Source of the DNA: Camelus dromedarius
Lineage: Eukaryota
DNA: 64,000 bases
Assembly (NCBI RefSeq): GCF_036321535.1
Contig: NC_087445.1
Coordinates: forward strand, 46,314,001 to 46,378,000
Reading direction: 5' to 3'
The position numbers and the translations under genes were made by a program. The notes below the pieces were generated by a model, which was not told the DNA's origin, searched no databases, and saw only the letters and a list, made by a program, of their open reading frames with translations. Each line of letters begins with the position of its first letter. The stretch's first letter is position 1. This document shows positions 55,001-64,000 of this stretch, one piece after another.

Positions 55001-56267
55001 CTGCAAATAGGATTGTTGTGAAGATTAAATGAAGTAATATATGTATCTCAGAGTGTCTAAGACAGTGTCATTGTACAGGTTTGTTAAATTTGACTCTACC
55101 CAATGAAAGCACTGCTTTACTGTGTGTGTTAATCTGGTGACCATGTGTAGGTTGAATTAAGTGGGGAAGAAGTTAGAGGCATTGAAGTTATTGCAGGAGT
55201 AATTTAGATTGAACATAAAGGAAAATTTCTTGGTGAGATTTGAACTGTCAGAGAAAAGCAGTGAAATCCATTTTCCTAAGGTTCTGGAAAAATAACGTAT
55301 TTCCTTCTGTACGGAATCCTTAAGTGTAGCTGCTCCTGGTAAGGAAAGTTAGATAAACAACTTTGCATTTCCTGCTTTATTGTGGTCTTTTCTGTGGTTA
55401 ATGAGAAATGAAATAAAGATGTAGGCATGTGGTAGAATTTTGTGTTCAGCTTCATAAAGGAAACTGTTTCATTCTTCTGTTTGTCTTCTTCAGTAAAAAT
55501 GAATTGTTGATTCTCAAATGTAGTCTCCAAAAGCAACTATCCACCAAACATTTAAGAGAAGCCCATGACATCAAAGGAAAAAGAGTCATGGTGGTTTCTT
55601 TTTTGGTGCTAGTGAACCCCATAGTGATAAAATATGTGGTGAAAATACAACAGGAGAAAGTTTGTGCTAGGGTGTATGTTATACAAACTGTTTTCTCCTG
55701 AAGAATTATCTGAATAGGGAAAATCAGTTCTTAGTCGTTTGGAAATAAAGACATCCCTTTTTTCCCCCTGGCGCTGCTTCTGTTTCTTCTATTTCTGTGC
55801 ATTAAGTACTTAGTACTTATTTGGGACTGTGGAGAACAAATAGGCCTGTAGATTGTGTTAGGCTATTAATTTTCTCTTGCAGCTGTTTATTAATTTCTGT
55901 AGTGTTTCACTGTGTGTGATATTGAGAAGAGGCTAGAGGACAGGGAGTAAGGAAGATCTGTCTAGCAACTGAGGAGCTGGGCAATGGAAAGGTAATTGCT
56001 TTTACATGTGATTCAAAGTGGGATAAAGATGATTCCAAGGGCTAGCTCATTTGTTTTCTGTCAATTTTGAGCCAAATTTGTAGAGACTTCATCTGCAGAT
56101 GGATGAAGGAAATCTGCTTGCCAAGGAGAGGGGGGTAAATGATACAGATATAAACCGCTGTTCACCTCATTTCAGCCATCAACATCCATGATCATATCAT
56201 AGAACATGTCACTATGTGGAATGGTGGTCTGCTTTTATAGGCTTTTTTGTATGATCACTTATTTATT

Positions 56268-56412
56268 TGTTTTTTAATTGAAGTATAGTTGATTTACAAT
56301 GTTGTGTTAGTTTCTGGTATACAACATAGTGATTCAGTTATATATACATATATATTCTTTTTCTTTATAGGTTATTACGATCTATTGAATATAGTTCCCT
56401 GTACTATACTCT
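56268..56412 (-). mobile_element. L1 3' terminus (antisense)
   Basis: ttttttaattgaagtatagttgatttacaatgttgtgttagtttctggtatacaac...gaatatagttccctgtactatac. Confidence 0.85.
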
Positions 56413-56639
56413 GATTTTATAGTTTTAAACTTCACCACCTGACTATCTGATTATATTCTTCAGTCTGTCTGTCTAGCTTTTATTCTCAGTATACTTTACT
56501 AGAGTGGTGCAGATGTTAGAAATTTGGATTTAGGCAGACCTGAGTTGGTGAATATATCAGCTCCACTGCTTATAAGTTGTATATCCTTATATGTGTTACT
56601 TAAACTGATTGAACCTTGATTTGTACGTCTTTAAGATTC

Positions 56640-59350
56640 ATATATCCATTCAAAGTATTTATGAAGCTCCTATTCTTAATGGAGTTTCATTCTATTAAAG
56701 GACAATACACACTAAAAAGTAATATAATTTCAGATAATGAGTACAGCGAAGATGAAGAAGTAGGATAAAGGGATTGAGAGTGATCCGAGTGGGAGAGCTA
56801 TTTGAAGTAGTGTTGTACAGGAAGGCCTCAATGAGAAGGTGACATTTGACCTGAGACCTGAATGATGAGAAGGAACCATGAGTCAGAGATCAGAGGTAAA
56901 TTTTTCAGGCAAAGTGAACTGGAAGCAAATACTGTGAGTGGAAGGAGAAAAAGAAGGGGTTATTGGAAAGAAGAGTGACATACAGCATTGGAAGCCATTG
57001 AACGATTGTAAGTAAGAGTGATGCTTTGATTTATATTTTACAAATGGTCAGTATGTGGTGAATGGATTGGGGTAGGAAGCCATGGCTAGCAACACTGGAA
57101 GCAGGTGCCTGCTTGGAGTGTTCAGGTGAGAGGTGGATAGTGGCTTGTAGTACTAGAGATGGTGAAAGTATCTATAGCGAAGTATTGCTGAGGTAATTGT
57201 AAAAATGATTAGTACTGTCCCAGGAATAGACTGAGCACTTATTTTAATATAGAAATAGTATTAATGGTCTTCCTCCAGCTCTATGACATCTGTTTAACTA
57301 CGTCAGGAAGTCATCCTAGACTTCTTTGAGGAAGAAAATACATAGAGAGGAAGGAAAGTTGTTAGGTTCAGTTGAGTTTACGGTGTCTGTAAGATAAATT
57401 GTCTATAAAATATGTTGAGTTTAGAAGTATCAGTCTCGTTGCAGATGACTGCTGAAAATGGTACCAGAAAATGTAGCTTCTATAGCTTAACAGAGAAACC
57501 TGTGTTAGAGATAAATATTTAGGAGTTGTAGGTAGTTGGTAGTAAAATCAAATAAAATAGCTTGAATAAAATTGCATATAGAGGATAAAAGAGGAGAAAA
57601 ATGAGCTTATGTTGTAGCTAAGAGAATGGGCAGAAGAATTGATAGGTATGGTCAGAACTGCAGGAAAATAGAGATGCTGTGTCAGTGTCTGAAGTCTAGA
57701 CTAGAGGGAGTTTGAAGAAGGAATGATCAGATGATAGAGATGGAAGGTACTGGTTGAGGATAAAAAAAATTACAAGGTCATTGGATTTGAAAACTAGAGC
57801 AGTATGAGTGTAGGCATCATATCACAGTGGTTGAGGAGTATTGGAGAAATGATAAAGTGAAATCAGCAAGTATAGGCTACTCATTCAGAAGTTTTGCAGT
57901 AAAGGGGAGGGTTGAGAGTGGTCTTTAGAAAGAGCAAATTTGAATGTTTGGAGCTTGAAGGGAAGAGATCTGTATGAAGAACAAAGTCAAGATGAAATGG
58001 GGGTAAGTGGAGAAGATAAATGATTTCTTTGTAAAGTGAGGAGGTGAGGATGATTTAGCAAGCTTAAAGAGAGTGCTAAAGGTTTCATTCATTCATTCTT
58101 TCAGCAGTTATTATGCCAGGTACCTGGGGCAGGATTGTGATTTTAAAAAGCCCCTTGCCTTCCTGGAAGTTGTATAGGGAGGGAGCTAGACATTAAGCAA
58201 AGAAGAATCATACAAATTAATTTAAAATTACAACTAGGAAAAAAATACAATGATGATTTGTGCTATAAGAGAGTACATGTTGTTATGAGACCATGTGATA
58301 GGGAAGGTTACCTACTCAGGTCAGAGAAGCCTTAACAAATGAAGTGAAGATTGAACTGAGATCTGGAAGAAGAGGAGGCCTTAGGCAAGGAAAGAAGAAT
58401 ATTCTAGGCAGAGGAAACAGAATGTGCAAAGGCCTTGTGAGGAGGAGGAGCTGAAAGAGGGCAAATACAGCTGGCATGCACACAGGAAGGGAAAACTGGG
58501 TCAGGATGAAACTGGGGAGGTAGGTAGGACACAACCAGAGAGCCTTGTGGGCCACATTGGGGTGGAAAGTTAGTGAGAATGAGACTGAGGGGGAGGGGCA
58601 GAAGGATAAAAATTTATAGACTGAAGCACAGAATTTGTAATTGGATTTGAGTTTGAATTCTTTTTTCTATCACAGAAAACTTTTGGCCAGCCTCTTGACT
58701 GTTAAGCCACAATTAAAAAATAAGTGTTACTATTTGTTCAGTGTACCTCAGAGTTGAGAATTAAACTCTAAATGAGATCATGTGTGTAAAATTCCTTTGT
58801 AACTATAGTCACTTTTATTCTTGGCTGTTCCCTTTTATTCCTCTATAGAGGCTTAAGTATTCTCAAACTTATTAACAAAGAGGATGTGATCACGTCCATA
58901 AACATTTATTGAGCACTTTGCTGTGGGTGAGGCATTGAACTAATTACCAGGGTATAGAAACATGAGTAGGAAATGGGCCTTGTCCTCAAGAAACTGAGAG
59001 CCAAGATGGGGAGACAGCCATATGTAGAACTAAATATGTTGCAAGATACAGTGTGGTAATTTCTAAAATAGAGGTACAAAATAAAATGGGGTTCAGAGAT
59101 GGAGTGTTTGATTCCAACTGAGAGACAGAAAAGGCCTCAGCTGGGAGAGGAAGAGGAAGGAGTAAAGGTGGAGTCAGGTTTTTCTTTATGATGTCATTAA
59201 TTGGGATGGGAAACAAAGAATAGCTTCTAAGGAGATGATGATTTTGGTTTTGGGTGTGTTAAATTTGAGATGCTGCCAGTCTGTCCACATATTACAGTTT
59301 GAAACATGACTTGGGAGATCAGAGTTAGAGGTATAGATTTGGTCTATTCT
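56640..59350 (+). mobile_element. L2 fragments with interspersed MIR
   Basis: ggaaggcctcaatgagaaggtgacatttgacctgagacctgaatgatg..., aataaacatttattgagcac..., gtgttaaatttgagatgctg. Confidence 0.6.
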
Positions 59351-62300
59351 TTGTGGATCTGTTGGGTGGAGGAATGGTGGCAGGGTAAACATTTACTCAG
59401 CATCATCATAGTATACTGCATTTTTATCAACTGTAAGATCCCAGAGATTGTAAGAAGTATCATTTTATGTATCATAAGAAAAAATACTATTGATCTATGA
59501 TACATCATTGATTGTAAAACACATTTTGATTTCAAAGTTGTTAAAATAGGAGAAAATGTCCTATCATTTTAGAATCAATAGAATACTGAAGCTAACATTT
59601 TATGAGCCCTTACTCTTTGTCAACCTCTCTGCTAATAGGCAGATAGGATTAATAATTTAAGTCTTGTAATAACTTTGTTTATCTTTATTATTCTCATTTT
59701 ACATATAAGGGCATTTGGCCCACGGAAGTTAGTACTTTTATGTACTGTAAACGTGAATTTATATTTTTCTGACTAACTATAAACTACAAACTATAAAATT
59801 AATAATATATGATAGTGCTTTGAAACATGAAAAAGTCTTATAATAAAGTTTAGGGGAAGATGGTTTTGTGCACTGTTGGCTGTGAAACAGTCTCACTCTA
59901 GCTATGGTTTCTGATTGCTTAGGATGTTTTCAGGGGCAACATTATAGCAGGTGTTTTATAGACTGGAGAGTTCATTATGGCTCTAGTTTAATAGTGTTCA
60001 CAACTTAAATTCCTTTTTTTTTCCCCTTGAGAGGACCTATAGTATAATGGAAAATCCAGGATTTTGAATTCAGGAGAACTGTTTTTTGAGTCTCACTAGG
60101 TTAAGACTAAAATTTTCTCTCTTCTCTTAATTATCTTTTGTCAAGTGGGCAAGATGATACTTGTGCCACTGAAATACAACTACTTTTCATGTAAAATGAG
60201 AAAGGTAGTCATTATATTGGGACATTATATACTAAATCAACTTAGATAAAATTGTAAATTTTCCTACTTGGCTAGGTCTGGCAAAGTCCTGGTTGGCTGT
60301 TCTTAGGCAACTGATACTAGAAGATTTTAGCATCTACTAGTCTTGACTGTATCTGACTAAGAGAACTATCATGTTGGAATATCTATCTATCATTTAGTGT
60401 ATGTATTAGTTTTTGTTGTGGATTCAACGGGAGTTTATTCAAGAGACTAAAGTTCAAAGTTTGTCCTGTGCTCTGTATCAAATTAGCCTAATATGCCTTA
60501 CTGTTTTCATCTGAAGCACAATACAGCCTTAAAGAACACGTATTAGACATCATTGTATACACTATATTATGTTGCTTACAAAGATAAGCAGTTGTGGTCC
60601 ATTCTTCAACCAGTATGCAGGGAAGACAGGTATGAGAGACTAACTGTGATATAGGACAAAGTATGATGTGACATTATAGACTAAAACTAAAATAGAACAG
60701 ATTTCATCTAGGGGATGGTAGAGAAAGCTTTGGTGACAATTTATTTTCCTCATTATAAGAGCAATATATGCTCACTTTGAAAATTTTGGAAAATACATCA
60801 AGAGAAAAAAATTGTAATTCCATCGGTCTTCTCTGTATTGTGTTTATATACGTAAACTTTTTTCCTTTACACAAAATTGTATTATACTTTATATACACTT
60901 TACCCTGATTTCTTTTTCCTAGTGGAATATTACCATATAGAGTAGAATTTGACATGGTTCTCTGGGTTTATATCTTTAATTTTTGAGAACTGGAAAGAAT
61001 CTTGTAGAAGCGTCTAGTAAGCTAAACCTCTGGTAAGCTAAGAGGTGCCAGTGTAGTGCTTCATTTGAAATTATGACAGTTTATAAGTTATTTGAAAATG
61101 TGTATAAAAACCCAAATAAAACAGACAAGGGAATGTATTAATTGCTGCATCAATGATTCCAATCTGCTTACAGTTAAGAGATCACTATAATGAAATCACA
61201 AGAAATCACTGAAATGAAATGACACCAATATTTGATATTTGAGGACTGTGTCTTTGTGGTGTCAGTATCTGTTGCTTTCATTGGAGTGACCCAGCCATTT
61301 CTATCAGAACGCCAATCTAAAGTCACTTACAACCTTTGTTCTCCTTTTAGGGTATTAACAGATGTTTCTTGCTATAATCTTTAAATGCTGTTTCCATCAT
61401 GTCCTGAAAACTTGCTACCTTTCTTGAGGTCTAGGGCTATACTTTTTGTTACAACTGGAGAAGAGAGGTAAGTTACTAAGAACCACACCACATGTGTGTA
61501 CGTGTCCACGTGTGTACACACACACACATACATTAATGACTTGAATTCTAGCTTGTAGCTAGTTTGAGATATCTTAAGCAGGACCACAGAATCTTTCACA
61601 TAATAAGTAATGCTCAGTAAACATTTGATTTTGTTTAATGTGTGTATATATCTGCTATATATCAGCAATTTAATAACCTGTTGGCTTCCCTATGGGATAT
61701 TTAATGGATTTTAATAAAGACCAAGAAGTAGTTATGATTTATGTGCAAGATAAGAGATTTTACTATAATGGTTTTACTATAATTGAAGTTAAAACATTAA
61801 GCTGAATGACTCAAATAATGTCCAGATTTTCCTTTCACTGTACTGTAGCCTGAACAAACTGTCTAATGAAGGAATTAGGTGGATAGATGGCTAGACTGAC
61901 CTTGTGCTGTCTGTATAACCAAGCCAGAATTATTTCTGATAAACAGTAACCATAGAAATCTGATTGTGTGTTAATGTAAACTCTATTCCAACTGAGGTGT
62001 ATTTATTTAGAAAACATTTAAATATATATATTTGAGCATTTGTACATGCTCATTTATAACCTGGACTCTGTTTACTTTAGAATTAGTCATTGGCTTTGTT
62101 AGTTAAAGTTTGACGTAAGTAGTTGTTTGTCTTTTGGTTTGAGAAGTAGCTTTGATTCTTTGAGAAATTAGGTTATTTTTTCCCAAGAACAGGGTAACAT
62201 AGTTACGTATACTTCATCAGTATTCCCTTTAAGTTTTGATAAATAGATATGAAGTAAAGTGGAAGCTTAGCAATGATATTTAAAGACTTTCAGAAATGTT

Positions 62301-62494
62301 TATGCGTGAATGAAATCAGATATATATTACTGGTTTGCAACTTGGTTTTGTTTACTCTATGCACATCACTATATTTTTCAGAATTTTCCTTTGCTTTGGT
62401 TCGTGTGGGCATAAATTGAAGCATTAGCTGGTTCAGTTGGTGTGGATTTAGTACTAGTACTGTATTGCAGGGAGAAAGCTGTGGACTGCAGGAA

Positions 62495-62810
62495 GTGTGG
62501 GCTTTTGTCATGTTTTTTGTATCCAGTTTAAGAAATCTTTGCCTAACCCCCCAAGGTCATTAAGATTTTCTCTTATGTTTTCTTCTAGATGTTTTATAGT
62601 TTTAGCTCTTATATTTAGTTCTAGTAGTAATTCATTTCAAGTTAGATTTTGCATGTGGTATGAGATAAGGATATATGTTTTTATAATAACATTATACAGT
62701 CGATTTTATATATTTATATGTATATATATTTTAGTCTATTGGTCTATGTCTATTTTTGTGCCACTGCCACACTGTCTTGATTACTGTAGCTTTTACAGTA
62801 AATCTTGAAT
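62495..62810 (-). mobile_element. Antisense L1 fragment
   Basis: agaaatctttgcctaaccc...ttttctcttatgttttcttctagatgttttatagttttagctct...ccacactgtcttgattactgtagcttt. Confidence 0.75.
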
Positions 62811-63776
62811 TAAATGAAATTATTGAAGAATAATTGGAAAGGGTAATTGACACGAGACCACAAGGGGCAGTCCAGAGGAGACATATTTTGATTCAATAAA
62901 AACAAATGGATTTTAGCACTAAGTGCTGCTAAATGGAGAGGAGAATAGAGAGGACCTTGTCAAAGGTACTGAATCACCCATCTCTTGGAAAAAGCAGGGC
63001 TTGGATGTCAGCTAAGGTGAGCTTTCAGCTGTAATGCAGGGCAAGGAGAATGGCAGATCTGTACTCTGAATATCTTTTTCAGGCATTATGTCTTGGAATC
63101 CCCCCTCCCCCCACCTTTTGGCACTTAGCCCTAATCATCATTGACAGAAAGATAGCTGACGCTTTCTAGAGTTTAGCAGTTTTCCTGCAGGTATAGTCTT
63201 TGACCTTTCCTAAGAGATAGCATGCTAGAATCCCAGTGTGGGATTCTATCTTTTGCAGTTCTCCACTGAGGTTTTGGAAACAGAGTTCTTTGTGATCATT
63301 TGGAAGGGAATTCTTGAGATCTGCTTTTTCCCAGAAAGAAGTTACTTCTCACTCTTGTTTAAAACCTATTGTCTAGATTTAGCCTGCTGTGCCCTTCTCT
63401 TGGCCTGAATGGAATGAGGGAATTTTCTATGTTGGGTTTTAAATAAAGAACATAGATAATTTAAACCTTAAAAGATAAATGACATGAAATTGGTTGCTTG
63501 CCACAGGAGTAATTTAGTTCCCTCTGCCTCCTTGTTAGGAGGCTGTGAGAGATTTCTGCATTGAGTATGAGATTAAATTGGATTACTTTTAAGGGATGTT
63601 CTAACTCTCTGCCTTCAAGCTTTGATCAGAAGTCCCAGCTTTTTTTCTCTAATGATTTAGATGTAGGGCTAGATTTTTAAGTCTAATCTTGGCACATAGT
63701 AGTTACTCAAGAAATGCTGGTTAAATAAATTAATTTGCAAAAATTCTTCATGGTGTTCTTTTTTTCTCTTTTACAG

Positions 63777-63806
63777 TTAAAAGAGCCAAATTCCAGGGTT
63801 CACCAG
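63777..63806 (+). CDS. UNC13B: UNC13B exon 2 (30 nt)
   Basis: ttttctcttttacag|TT AAA AGA GCC AAA TTC CAG GGT TCA CCA G|gtaagg = (V)KRAKFQGSP(D), in phase with exon 1; intron 1 spans 46296-63776. Confidence 0.93.
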
Positions 63807-63939
63807 GTAAGGCTGGCCTTTAATTATTATGTCCTTCTCTCCATACTTGCTATGAATTAAGAGCAGTCTTTCAAAAAAGCATTAATTTCATTTGATTTAT
63901 TAACTTAAATTCACTAGCTTCATTAAATTATTAAAAAGC

Positions 63940-64000
63940 AATATGGGGAGATGTTGGTCAGGGCGTACACAGTTTCAGTTATGCAAAATAAATAATTTCT
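63940..64000 (+). mobile_element. L1 3'UTR fragment (runs off the window)
   Basis: ggggagatgttggtcagggcgtacacagtttcagttatgc. Confidence 0.5.

Noticed and set aside
59400-59590. Possible MITE with weak terminal inverted repeats
   Set aside because: The inverted match is too degenerate for me to support a call without a repeat library.

Overview
Mammalian genomic DNA, very likely camelid (Camelus/Vicugna), judged from six copies of a camelid-type tRNA-derived SINE. It is a draft assembly with five N-gaps. The window is syntenic with human 9p13.3 and contains: the 5' end of FANCG (minus strand, ATG at 26); complete PIGO (minus, 10 coding exons, 1132 aa); complete STOML2 (minus, 10 exons, 356 aa); ATOSB/FAM214B (minus, 7 coding exons, with the start codon and part of one exon inside gaps); a ~17 kb repeat-dense intergenic region (L1, L2, MIR, ERV1/MaLR/ERVL LTRs, a fossil hAT transposase); and the first two exons of UNC13B (plus). 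All exon boundaries were read from GT/AG sites and preserve reading frame. Most notable observations: PIGO has lost its usual stop codon and carries a 44-aa C-terminal extension read from former 3'UTR, ending in -SKL (a canonical PTS1 tripeptide); PIGO exon 8 has a sharply diverged patch; an in-frame 1251-nt exitron is retained in PIGO exon 7; three RFX X-boxes cluster upstream of STOML2; and an orphan TPRT-type insertion of unique sequence lies at ~38.4-38.6 kb. Orthologue comparisons rest on my recall of the human sequences and need confirming by alignment. There is no CRISPR array, rRNA or genuine tRNA gene.
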